A stretch of DNA of 64,000 bases from Myxococcota bacterium (GTDB taxonomy: Bacteria; Myxococcota_A; SURF-8). Made by a program: the position numbers and the translations under genes. How positions within the stretch are numbered: the first letter of the stretch is position 1; every line of letters starts with the position of its first letter. Under the pieces are notes generated by a model, which worked only from the letters and a program-made list of their open reading frames with translations, did no database searches and had not been told where the DNA came from. The stretch is taken from NCBI GenBank assembly GCA_963674735.2, contig CAXXQS010000001.1, forward strand, positions 704,001-768,000, written 5' to 3'. Below, in pieces: positions 22,756-32,499 of this stretch.

Positions 22756-23266
22756 GTTTAATCAATGAAATTGACCGTTTAGAACATATGCGATAAGAGA
22801 GGCGTGTCCTAGTCCTGTCGATGCATCGCTGTTTGGCATGGGTTTGCCCAAATAATGTGCAAAAAGAGTGAATGAAAGGACGCGGGAAGCCATCTAATCA
22901 TATGTAAGCCTGGTAACACTGTCAGGTGAACGATGAACCGGTCACGTGTTCTTTCTCAAGCAGTTAGGGGTCTTTGAGCTTCCCTTCCTTCTCTCCCCAT
23001 GGATAGAGAGCATAGCAAGATGCAAGACCCCGATCGGTCCGACCCGAAGATGCCCGGACGATTGCCTGGCAGTCGGGTTTGCACCGACTTCCTCCCCATC
23101 CTTCGAAAAAATACCGGTTTTCAGGGTGGAGGGTCGGATCGTTTTCTTTTTACTTACACTCAACTCACATCTGTAATCGTGCCGTTTCCGCTAGGCGGCC
23201 GGGATCATCAAAATGCTTATCGGGATTATCAGCGGGTTGTGTTCGGGATGCTAACGGCATATTCCA

Positions 23267-23662
23267 TCAGAAAAATTTGTTCCAAACCATATCTTCGTAG
23301 TGAACGGCGTGGGGACCATAGACTTCGGCTCCTTCGGCATTGACCACGAAAGTGGCCTGTTCGCCCGCCACTTTCGAGAAAAAGACGGCATAATCTTTTC
23401 CCTGATCTACAATGACTCGAATCATGGCAATATTCGGATTCGCCTTCGATGTCAGATTGCCGCGGCATACGGGACAGAGGAATTCCCATATCTGTCCTTT
23501 TTCGAGAGTAATATTTTCCGGAAGCGACAGGGAGTAATTTCCGGGGGTTTCGTTGAACAGAAAAAGTCCCCGGCCAAATTCGCAATCCGCCAGTAACACG
23601 ATATTTTCGGTGGCGGGATTTAGATGGGCTCCGCAAATCGGGCAGTGGTAAGACCAACGCAT
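23267..23662 (-). CDS. Hypothetical zinc-ribbon protein
   Basis: RBS aaggaggaa before ATG at 23662; CPIC and CPVC motifs. Confidence 0.7.
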   Translation of the reverse strand: MRWSYHCPICGAHLNPATENIVLLADCEFGRGLFLFNETPGNYSLSLPENITLEKGQIWEFLCPVCRGNLTSKANPNIAMIRVIVDQGKDYAVFFSKVAGEQATFVVNAEGAEVYGPHAVHYEDMVWNKFF

Positions 23663-24358
23663 GGCTTCCTCCTTGATTACGGGTGGTGTAGCCTTCGGGT
23701 GGTTGTCAAACCTTATCAACCGCCGGTATTCATATCGGTCGAAGCAGGCGGTCTTCAATGATTTCCCAGTACTGATTTTAGCAGACCTGCACGATGGCTT
23801 CAATGAGAAACGCCCCGTATCGAAAGTGATGGGTGCATTACAAAATATTGCGATTGATCGTCAAAACCGCTCGTGGTGAGTGATTTGCGGAGCAAATTGT
23901 ATCGAACCACGCGGTTTTCAGACCCGATCCCTCGATACAATGCCCGACGGGCGTCACCCGGGAGGAGCGGATTTGAGGGGGCTCGGAAATGGCAACATCC
24001 TGTGATGCACCCGAAGGGGATGGGGATTCGTACAACGTATATCGGGCTCGATCTACATTATTCACCCAACTGTTAGGTGTCCACTCTTTCCGGGGAAGAT
24101 CATTTCGGCAAGCTGTAGCAATGTGAGTCGATTCTGTGCTACTTTCTTATCAGCGGTCATGATTCGTTCCTTCCGATATATGGTTGTTTGGTCACTTCCA
24201 TTATCCCGAGAGGACGACCGCCGGCCAGTCCTGGAAGCTTTGCGGTTCCCTAAGGACTGGCCTCATACGATGTGTCGATTGTACGGGAAGATACTGACTT
24301 TTTCAGGGATACGACGAGCACGCCATTCCGCTGGTGCCGTCTGCTTTGAGAAATTTGC

Positions 24359-25459
24359 ATGAACGACAAAAATACCATTTCGGTTTGCGCTCCCCGGCGG
24401 TTTTCACGATCCGTTCGTGTGGGGCCGTGTGTGATCGGTGGAGATGCGCCCATCAGCATCCAATCCATGACTACTCATCGACCCCGTGATGTCGAGGCGA
24501 CTGTCAGTCAGATTGTAGCACTAGAGACGGCGGGTTGCGATCTGGTGCGGGTGGCCCTGCGTAACCGTGACGATGCCGAAGCTTTAGGCCGGGTGCGGGC
24601 ACGCATCCGCATTCCGCTGATTGCCGATATCCATTTCGACTATCGCTTGGCGCTTTTGGCCTTGGAACAAGGGGTGGACGGACTGCGCGTCAATCCTGGA
24701 AATCTGGGGGGCGATGATCGGGCTCGGACGGTGATTGAAGCGGCCAAAGAACGCGAGATACCCATTCGCATCGGAGTCAATGCCGGGTCGCTCGATAAAC
24801 GCATCCATGCGGAACACCATGGCATCACGCCTGCGGCCTTGGTCGCTTCGGCGATGAAGGAATTGGCGCTTTTCGAGGAAATGGGTTACGACCAGGTCAA
24901 GGTCAGCCTGAAGGCATCCGATCCGATCGTGACGATTGCCGCCAATCGGCTTTTCACGGCCCAAAGCGAGGTTCCTTTGCACCTTGGCGTGACGGAGGCC
25001 GGTCCTCCTGTTACCGGTACGGCGCGTTCGGCGGCGGCTTTGGCGGTGCTTCTGGCCGAGGGGATCGGCGACACGATCCGGGTTTCTCTTTCTGGCGACC
25101 CGGTCCAGGAGGTTCAAGTTGCGCGGACGTTGCTGGAATCTCTGGGCCTGCGGACTCCCGGTTGCCGCGTGGTGGCCTGTCCGACCTGCGGTCGTTGTCG
25201 TGCGTCGGATCTGCCGGGACTGGCGGCGCGAATCGAGCAGCGCTTGCAGGGGATGCACGAATCGTTGACCGTGGCGATAATGGGTTGTGAGGTCAATGGC
25301 CCCGGTGAAGCGGCGGCGGCCGATCTCGGGTTGGCCTGCGCCGGAACGCGCTGGCGGTTGTTTGCAAAAGGTGAAGCCTTGCATACGGTTACCGAAGAAG
25401 AGGCCGAAGATTCTTTAATGATGGAAATTCAGCGATGGCGCACGGCGCGCGAACGCTAG
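24359..25459 (+). CDS. ispG: 4-hydroxy-3-methylbut-2-en-1-yl diphosphate synthase
   Basis: IQSMT, ADIHF, RVNPGN, RIGVNAGS, HLGVTEAG, CPTCGR, MGCEVNGPGEA. Confidence 0.97.
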   Translation: MNDKNTISVCAPRRFSRSVRVGPCVIGGDAPISIQSMTTHRPRDVEATVSQIVALETAGCDLVRVALRNRDDAEALGRVRARIRIPLIADIHFDYRLALLALEQGVDGLRVNPGNLGGDDRARTVIEAAKEREIPIRIGVNAGSLDKRIHAEHHGITPAALVASAMKELALFEEMGYDQVKVSLKASDPIVTIAANRLFTAQSEVPLHLGVTEAGPPVTGTARSAAALAVLLAEGIGDTIRVSLSGDPVQEVQVARTLLESLGLRTPGCRVVACPTCGRCRASDLPGLAARIEQRLQGMHESLTVAIMGCEVNGPGEAAAADLGLACAGTRWRLFAKGEALHTVTEEEAEDSLMMEIQRWRTARER

Positions 25460-25473
25460 CAAAGGTTCCGATA

Positions 25474-26700
25474 ATGAGTGACAATGCGACATCAACCCCT
25501 GCGCGTGTGATTTTGAAGGCGAAACGAGACCGTTCGGTGCGTCAGGGTCACCCCTGGGTCTTTTCCGGATCGGTGCAGCGTGTTGAAGGCGAAGCGGCTC
25601 CTGGTGAAATTGTCGTGGTGACCGATAGCAACGGGCAAGCGTTGGCCAGCGGCTTCTACAATCCCCAAAGTGCGATTCGGGTGCGTCTGCTTGCCCCCGG
25701 TCACCTGACGGAAGATCGCGCGCGGTTGCGGGTCAAACAGTGTTTGACGCGTGCCATCGAGTCGCGCCGTCGCCTGTTCGATCCGGCCGAAACCGACGCC
25801 TTCCGAATCGTCAACGGTGAAGGCGATGGGCTTTCAGGTTTGATCATCGACGCCTACGCCGGGCATCTGGTCATTCAGCCTCTGGCTTTTTGGGTGGGAG
25901 CGCGTCTAGACTGGTTGGTCGACACCCTGCGCGAAATCTGGGGGCCGGACCTCCTCCAAGGACTCTGGTTGCGTCCGCGTGCCGAAGCATCGAATCAGGA
26001 AGGCATGTCGCTTGAAGAGGGTCGCTTGGATGGCGGCGACCCCACGCAAAACCTCATTCGGATTCGCGAGGGCGGACTGCTTTACGATGTCGATGTGGCG
26101 GCGGGTCAGAAAACCGGTTTTTACCTCGACCAACGCGATAACCGTTTGGCATTGCGGAATTTCTGCAAGGATGCGCGGGTTCTCAACCTCTTTGCATACA
26201 CCGGTGGTTTTTCGCTCAATGCGCTCAAAGGCGGTGCGCGCGAGGTGGTGTCGGTGGATTCGAGTGCCCCGGCCATGGAATCGCTTGCCCGGCATATTGA
26301 ATTGAATGATTTCTCGTCGACGAGCGTCGCGAAAGTGGCCGACGTCAAACAGATTCTCCCTGAGATGGAACGCGCGGGAGAACGTTTCGATGTGGTGGTC
26401 TGCGATCCCCCCGCTCTGGCCAAGCGCCGCAACAGCGTCGACCGCGCCGCGCGGGCATATAAGGATTTCAATCGACGCGCGATGCTGATGATCGACGACG
26501 GGGTTTTGTTCACCTTTTCCTGTTCCCCCTTTATCGATGCGACGCTGTTCCGCAAGATGGTTTTCAGTGCGGCCGTTGACAGCGGGCACGAAGCCGCCGT
26601 CCTGCGCGTATTGGGGCCCGGTCTCGATCACCCCGTGGATTTGCGCCACCCGGAAGGCGATTATCTCAACGGGTTGATTCTGCGTATTCGCAAACACTGA
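25474..26700 (+). CDS. rlmI: RlmI-like 23S rRNA methyltransferase
   Basis: PUA domain (GHPWVFSG), GQKTGFYLDQRDNR, NLFAYTGGF, DPP, DHP. Confidence 0.88.
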   Translation: MSDNATSTPARVILKAKRDRSVRQGHPWVFSGSVQRVEGEAAPGEIVVVTDSNGQALASGFYNPQSAIRVRLLAPGHLTEDRARLRVKQCLTRAIESRRRLFDPAETDAFRIVNGEGDGLSGLIIDAYAGHLVIQPLAFWVGARLDWLVDTLREIWGPDLLQGLWLRPRAEASNQEGMSLEEGRLDGGDPTQNLIRIREGGLLYDVDVAAGQKTGFYLDQRDNRLALRNFCKDARVLNLFAYTGGFSLNALKGGAREVVSVDSSAPAMESLARHIELNDFSSTSVAKVADVKQILPEMERAGERFDVVVCDPPALAKRRNSVDRAARAYKDFNRRAMLMIDDGVLFTFSCSPFIDATLFRKMVFSAAVDSGHEAAVLRVLGPGLDHPVDLRHPEGDYLNGLILRIRKH

Positions 26701-26708
26701 GAAAGTGG

Positions 26709-28238
26709 ATGATCATGCGTCGCGAATCCATGCCGAACCGTTCTTTTTCGGTCTTGCTGTTCGTGGTGGCCCTGGTGTTGCGATTCATGACAGCTCCCCG
26801 GTTGGCCAATTGGTATTCGCCGACATTCAGCCTTTCAGATGGGGACGTCTTCGGTTGGCTTTCTCCGGCTTACATGGTTTTACAGGCCCTGGTTGAAAAG
26901 AACGGGCTGACCGACATCCCCTTGTTTTCCTGGATGTGTGTCTTGGGGGCGATAACGGGCGCGGCGTGTGTGCCTCTGCTGATGCGTTTGGCCGCTGAAC
27001 TTCGTTTCAGTCTTGCAACACAATGGACAGCTGGTGCTTTGCTGGCTGTGTGCCCGGTCTTATGGGAGTCCGGGTCCACGGATTCTCCTCATACCCCAGC
27101 TTTGATGGCGTGGTTGTTGGTGGGGATTTGCTGGAAAAACGGGCGAGAGGCCAAAGCGAGGTGGATCTTTTCCTTGCTTACCGCCAGCCTACTGATGGTG
27201 ACGTTTCGCCCGGATACCACCCACTGGCTGTTGATCTGGCCGATCATGTTTCCTCCGAAAAAATGGCGATCGAAGGCAACGATCCTTGAACTGGGGACTC
27301 TCTTCGCCGTCGGTATCCTCGCCTCCACGTGGGTTGCCGTTCATCACGGTACGGAGATGCGCTCCCCGGACATCAGCGTGTTTCGCTGGTTGTTATTTCC
27401 GCTCGATATCCTGGACGGTTTGTCCACGTTGCCGTTGCAGGGATTGGCCACGGTCCTCGCGGTATTGGGTGGTATTGCGCTTTGGCGAACCCGGCCGACG
27501 TTTCTATGGTTACTGCTTGGGGCGATTTGGGCGGCGGCGTTACCCTTGGCGTTTAAACGTCTGGCTCCGGATACCATCCTGACCATCCGATATTTTCTGG
27601 CTCCCATGGTTCTCGTTTTGCTGCTGGTTGCCGAGGGAATTGTTCGCTTGTTTGAAGGGCGTTCGCTTTTTTTAAAAGGCTTTCTGCTGATCTCGATTGT
27701 TTTTGTAGGTTTTCTTGAAGCTCTGGCAACCTTTTCTCCATACAATCAACCAAGCTTTCGGGCCGAGCAACAGTTTCTAGCCGAGGTCGCCGAGACTCTT
27801 CCCCAAGATGCGACTCTCTGTATGCTCGATCCCAAGCTCAACCATCGCTGGGAAGGACCGCATCAAGACTTGGATGTCGGTTTTCGACCGCCCCCCGGGC
27901 GGCTGCCCTACCATTTTCCCAACTTGAATGTGGTTTTATTGAATGAGCCGGACTTAAAATCACCCGGTTGCGACTACTATTTCGAGGGCGGATTGTGCCA
28001 TCTGATCGAGTCGCAAACGGAAGATACGGTCAAGATCCTGCCGCTTGTTGGTGTTCGTTACACTTCGAACAACCAAGAGGAAAGCCGCGACAACAGCCGG
28101 GTGTTGGCGATCTGTCGTGCTGTTCGCGAAAATCACCAACTGAAAGAAATCAAAAGCCGGTGGAGTGCCGCTAAGAGTTATGGCGCGCAGCTGGAAGCCG
28201 ATTGGATTCCGCTTTTTGTATTTGATGCTTTGCATTGA
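26709..28238 (+). CDS. Polytopic membrane protein, possible GT-C fold glycosyltransferase
   Basis: About 10 hydrophobic segments, RYFLAP motif, Cys-containing soluble C-terminus; located among glycosylation genes. Confidence 0.55.
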   Translation: MIMRRESMPNRSFSVLLFVVALVLRFMTAPRLANWYSPTFSLSDGDVFGWLSPAYMVLQALVEKNGLTDIPLFSWMCVLGAITGAACVPLLMRLAAELRFSLATQWTAGALLAVCPVLWESGSTDSPHTPALMAWLLVGICWKNGREAKARWIFSLLTASLLMVTFRPDTTHWLLIWPIMFPPKKWRSKATILELGTLFAVGILASTWVAVHHGTEMRSPDISVFRWLLFPLDILDGLSTLPLQGLATVLAVLGGIALWRTRPTFLWLLLGAIWAAALPLAFKRLAPDTILTIRYFLAPMVLVLLLVAEGIVRLFEGRSLFLKGFLLISIVFVGFLEALATFSPYNQPSFRAEQQFLAEVAETLPQDATLCMLDPKLNHRWEGPHQDLDVGFRPPPGRLPYHFPNLNVVLLNEPDLKSPGCDYYFEGGLCHLIESQTEDTVKILPLVGVRYTSNNQEESRDNSRVLAICRAVRENHQLKEIKSRWSAAKSYGAQLEADWIPLFVFDALH

Positions 28239-28356
28239 GACGAAATTCCGGACCATTAAATTTTATAGAAGCTCGGGCTTGCCATTAAAGCCGGTCCTGC
28301 GTACAATCGATGAATTATTGCGTTTCGATTTAGATCGTTCGAAGTGGAGGACCTTG

Positions 28357-28929
28357 ATGGACCGGAAGGCTTTCCCGGTGTTTCTGGAGGGTGAACGTCT
28401 TTTTCTCGCGCCGTTGAGTCGTCAGGACGCGCCGCTGTATGCGGGCTGGCTGAATGATGAGGAAGTCGCGAATTTCCTGAATCTGCACCGTCCGATCACC
28501 CTGGATGAAGAAGTCGAAATCCTCGATAGTATGTTGCGGTCTCCGCTAAGTGTGGCCGTACATGCGGCGATCTGGGTTCGGAAGCCGCTGCACCTCATCG
28601 GCAATGTCGGCTTGATGAAGATTAAATCCATCGACCGGCATGCCATGATCGGTTTGTTTATCGGAGACGTGCAGGAGTGGGACAAAGGCTATGGACGTGA
28701 GGCCATGCGTATTATGGCCGATTATGCGTTCAATACGCTTAATCTGCGCAAAATCCATCTGAACGTCTTCGGTCATAACGCGCGCGCTATTCGCTGCTAT
28801 GAAACGGTCGGATTTCGTGAGGTCGGTCGTTACCGCGAACACCGCTTTATCAAAGGGGAGTGGCGCGATCAGATAATCATGGAACTGTTCCGCGACGACT
28901 TCAAGGCGTGTGAGTCTACGGCTTCTTGA
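28357..28929 (+). CDS. GNAT N-acetyltransferase (RimJ/RimL type)
   Basis: WDKGYGREA, NARAIRCYETVGF; RBS ggagg. Confidence 0.9.
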   Translation: MDRKAFPVFLEGERLFLAPLSRQDAPLYAGWLNDEEVANFLNLHRPITLDEEVEILDSMLRSPLSVAVHAAIWVRKPLHLIGNVGLMKIKSIDRHAMIGLFIGDVQEWDKGYGREAMRIMADYAFNTLNLRKIHLNVFGHNARAIRCYETVGFREVGRYREHRFIKGEWRDQIIMELFRDDFKACESTAS

Positions 28930-30497
28930 AAACTCTCCTACTCGGTTTATTTCCCACGGGGTTGAAGGTGAACCTTCCCAATAAACCCGGCATCAACAAG
29001 CCGACTATCGTTTTCGGGGCGTCGACTCTGGCGCTGGTTATCGGTTTGGGTGTCGCGTTCAATACGGCCGGTGGCGGAGTATGGGCGTCTTTCCCGCTGG
29101 ATGACGCCTGGATTCACATGGTTTATGGGCGTGCCGTGGCCGAAACCGGTTGGCCGATCTACAGCGACCGAATCGAGGCGGGATTCACCAGCCCTCTTTG
29201 GATGACGATCCTGGCGTTCTGGCACCTGATCTGGCCTGTCGCTGGGCCGCCTGTGCTGCCCATCAAACTGACCGGCTGGTTTTTGACCGCCGCCTGTGCC
29301 TGGGTATTGATGGCCGCGCTTGGGCGGGCACGCTCGGGTGGAAAGCCTTTGCCGGTCTTGGTGGTGTTTGGCATCCCGCTTTGGTTTATACTCGATCGCC
29401 ACATGGCTTTCGCAATGGGATCCGGCATGGAGACGTCTTTGGCATCCTTGCTTTTACTTCTCACCGGTTATGCCATGACGTTGCGCCGACACACGTGGGT
29501 CGGCATTGTCTTTGCCGGAGCCGTTCTGGCGCGTCCCGAGGCTCTCGCTTTGCTACCCTTGCTGATTTTGCCTTTGTGGTTTGACCCCACAACAAAACGA
29601 CCGGTTGCCATCTGTAAATTGTTTGGGCCAACATTGTTTGCTGTTGCCGGGTGGGTGGTCTTCTGCTTCATGGCCAACGGACATCCCTTGCCCAATACGG
29701 CTTACAACAAGGTTTCGGATCTGGGGGGGGCTATCGCTATGCTTCCCACCGTTCTGATCGATATTGTCGGACCTTGGTCGCCCGTTGCGTGGGGGCTGGG
29801 GTTGCCGTTATTGTTGTTTGGTCTGGTGGGAATGGTAAGGCGCGATGCCTCGGATGACAAACCCGATCCAGGTGCTCTGTTTCTGGTGTTAGCTCCCTTC
29901 GTGTTGCTTCTGGCCGTATCGCTGACACGGGTGGTGCGTGATCCGCAAGCCTTCTACTGGACGCGCTATTTCGTGCCTGTGTTACCGCTGCTATTCTATC
30001 CCCTGGCGCTCGGTACGGGGATGATTGCGGGACGAGGCAAGGGGTATCGTTGGGCCGTTTTGGCTGGGGGAGGCGTGCTAATCATGTTGAACCTGATCGG
30101 CCTGCCCGAGAGTCGAGTTCGTTATGCCGATAACTGTCACGATATCGATGCCCTCAATGTGACGGTCGGTAAACTTATCAACAACCTGACTCAGCCCGAT
30201 GCGGTGTTGGGAACAAACGACGCGGGAGCGATCAGATATTTCGGAAAACGGCGAACCATCGATCTGGTTGGGCTCAACAACTGGGAGTATCTGTTTGACA
30301 AAACCCGCATGGAAGCCTTCAGACGTGAGCGCTTTACCCATTTCGCGCTATCCCGAGGGGTGTTTGACCCACTCAAAAAGCGGAATATGCGCCTACTGCA
30401 TCGAGCCGAAGTGCGCGACAACTCCTTATTCGATCTTTCTCCGTATTGGATGGATCTTTATGAGGTGATCGATCCCGACTTGATTCGGGGAGAATGA
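28926..30497 (+). CDS. GT-C fold membrane glycosyltransferase-like protein
   Basis: LDDAWIH acidic loop, GFTSPLW, SGMET, RPE, PNT, RYFVP, DAGAIRYF and DLVGL motifs; start uncertain. Confidence 0.7.
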   Translation: MKTLLLGLFPTGLKVNLPNKPGINKPTIVFGASTLALVIGLGVAFNTAGGGVWASFPLDDAWIHMVYGRAVAETGWPIYSDRIEAGFTSPLWMTILAFWHLIWPVAGPPVLPIKLTGWFLTAACAWVLMAALGRARSGGKPLPVLVVFGIPLWFILDRHMAFAMGSGMETSLASLLLLLTGYAMTLRRHTWVGIVFAGAVLARPEALALLPLLILPLWFDPTTKRPVAICKLFGPTLFAVAGWVVFCFMANGHPLPNTAYNKVSDLGGAIAMLPTVLIDIVGPWSPVAWGLGLPLLLFGLVGMVRRDASDDKPDPGALFLVLAPFVLLLAVSLTRVVRDPQAFYWTRYFVPVLPLLFYPLALGTGMIAGRGKGYRWAVLAGGGVLIMLNLIGLPESRVRYADNCHDIDALNVTVGKLINNLTQPDAVLGTNDAGAIRYFGKRRTIDLVGLNNWEYLFDKTRMEAFRRERFTHFALSRGVFDPLKKRNMRLLHRAEVRDNSLFDLSPYWMDLYEVIDPDLIRGE

Positions 30498-30626
30498 CAC
30501 GCCCTTCGCTGTAGAAGTTCTTGCCTTTGAACGGCTTTTTGTGTACACAAGTACTTTCCGTCCGATGCGGTGCAGGCTTGGGACCGGACGGCTCAGGCCA
30601 TGAGATTAACACGAGGAAAATAGCGG

Positions 30627-31493
30627 ATGTCTATCGAAGTCAGTATTGTCATACCCGCGTACAACGAAGAGAAAGGTCTGCCGAAAATCCTTCCGGAACT
30701 CGACACCTTACGTCAATCCAACGCTTGGGAGATCATCGTTGTGGACGATGGCTCAACCGACGGCACGGCCGACATCGTGCGTCAATATGCCGATATTCGG
30801 CTGGTCAGCCAAGCGAACACCGGGTATGGCGGAGCGCTCAAGCGCGGTTTCCGGGAAGCAAAAGGCGAGTATATTCTCACCATGGACGCCGATGGACAAC
30901 ACAATCCGGCCGATATTCCCGCCATGGTCGAAGCTGCCAGAGGGCATGATTTCTTAACCGGTGTGCGCGATGAAGACAGTGATCGGCCTATGTCCAGACG
31001 TCCCGGGAAGTGGGCACTCACACGCGCCGCCGAATTACTTTCGGGTAAGACCATTCGGGATTTAAACTGTGGGTTCCGTGTTTTCAGACGTTCCGAACTA
31101 CTTAAATTCATTCATCTATTTCCCAATGGGTTTTCGCTTTCGACAACCTCGATGATTTCCTTTCTTAAAGGTGGTTACGAGGTTCACTATCTCCCCATTA
31201 CGGTTCGCAAACGTGAGGGGCGCAGTTCCAGCGTGCGGTATTTGCGGGATGGTTTCAAAACCCTGTTTTTGATTATGCGTATTACGATGCTTTTCGAGCC
31301 GATGCGGATTTTTCTTCCCGCCACTCTCTTTTTCCTCTTGGCCGGTGGATTGCTGGGGACCATTGAAGTGGTACTACAGAATCGTTTCCCGCATTTCGGT
31401 TTGTTTACCGTTTTGTTTGCATTATTTGTTTTTCTGCTCGGTTTAATGGCCGATATGATCTCCCTGCTTCGTCAGGGCAACCGCGAGAGGTAG
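30627..31493 (+). CDS. GT2 glycosyltransferase (DPM/DPG synthase-like) with two C-terminal TM helices
   Basis: IPAYNEE, VDDGSTD, MDADGQH, DLNCGFR. Confidence 0.92.
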   Translation: MSIEVSIVIPAYNEEKGLPKILPELDTLRQSNAWEIIVVDDGSTDGTADIVRQYADIRLVSQANTGYGGALKRGFREAKGEYILTMDADGQHNPADIPAMVEAARGHDFLTGVRDEDSDRPMSRRPGKWALTRAAELLSGKTIRDLNCGFRVFRRSELLKFIHLFPNGFSLSTTSMISFLKGGYEVHYLPITVRKREGRSSSVRYLRDGFKTLFLIMRITMLFEPMRIFLPATLFFLLAGGLLGTIEVVLQNRFPHFGLFTVLFALFVFLLGLMADMISLLRQGNRER

Positions 31494-31497
31494 CGCC

Positions 31498-32499
31498 GTG
31501 GCGCCCAAAGCCCCTCATTCGCGCGCTTGGCGCAAATGGACTCTTCGCTGTATCGGTCCGGTTTTGCTGGCCCTGATCCTGATTCGCGTGGATCTGCGCC
31601 AAGTCTTCGGTATTATTGCTTCCGCTGATTTTCCCCGCCTCGGACTGGTCGTGGCTTTGTGTTTTCCCCTGTTTTATTTACGTTCGTTGCGCTGGCGACA
31701 GTTGTTGCTGAGTGAAGGGATCGTAATCAAACCGTTACTGGCTTTCCGCGTTTATATGGCGGCCAATTTTTTTGGAGCGGTGACTCCGGGGCATCTAGGC
31801 GAATTTATTAAGGTTTGGTACGTCAAACGCTATACCAGCATGAGCAAGTCCCGTTCTATGGCCAGTGTGTTGACCGACCGACTGATGGATCTTTGGGTGA
31901 TCTTTATCTTGGGATTTGTCGGGATGTGGTGGCTCAATCTGCTTGACCGTTTATCGGCCATAACTTTGGTTGCAGCGGCATTGGTTGCCTTGGCTCCGCT
32001 GTTGACTCTGCATGCCGGAGTTGTCCGTTGGGGAGTCGGCTTGATGTTTCGTTTCACGTTCCTGAAACGATTCACCAACGAAGCCGAACGGATGCAGCAA
32101 GAATTCACCGAAGGCGTCCTTCAACTTGTTAAGCCTCGGTTATTGTTGGGTATTCTTTTTACTATTCTGGCCTATGGCATATACTTTGTTCAGTGTGAGG
32201 ACATCGCCTTTGCCATCGACGTCCCGCTTGACTTTTGGGTGCTGGGGATGATAATACCGATCACTATTTTTGTTACCATGCTGCCGATTTCCCCGGCCGG
32301 GCTGGGGACACGCGAAGCGGCTATTATTTATCTGTTTGGATTGCAGGCTGTTGGACAAGAAGCGGCATTGAGTTTTTCTCTGCTGATGTTTGTCGTATTC
32401 AATCTGGCCATGGGTCTGATCGGGTATGCCTTCTGGCTTTCGCTACCACAACCGGACCGCCTGACTGCGGCCGCAATTTTTACCGGAGACGACCCGTGA
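31498..32499 (+). CDS. Lysylphosphatidylglycerol-synthase TM / flippase-like protein (UPF0104)
   Basis: RW, TPGHLGE, DRLMD and PISPAGLGTRE motifs. Confidence 0.85.
   Translation: MAPKAPHSRAWRKWTLRCIGPVLLALILIRVDLRQVFGIIASADFPRLGLVVALCFPLFYLRSLRWRQLLLSEGIVIKPLLAFRVYMAANFFGAVTPGHLGEFIKVWYVKRYTSMSKSRSMASVLTDRLMDLWVIFILGFVGMWWLNLLDRLSAITLVAAALVALAPLLTLHAGVVRWGVGLMFRFTFLKRFTNEAERMQQEFTEGVLQLVKPRLLLGILFTILAYGIYFVQCEDIAFAIDVPLDFWVLGMIIPITIFVTMLPISPAGLGTREAAIIYLFGLQAVGQEAALSFSLLMFVVFNLAMGLIGYAFWLSLPQPDRLTAAAIFTGDDP

Noticed and set aside
23060-23100. Minus-strand ggaagtcggtgcaaacccgact resembling a cobalamin or FMN riboswitch T-loop stem
   Set aside because: The other conserved elements (B12 box, FMN core) are not recognisable and no gene lies downstream
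32235-32495. N-terminal extension of the 1131-aa ORF
   Set aside because: Overlaps the flippase-like gene; the GTGA-coupled start at 32496 is more plausible
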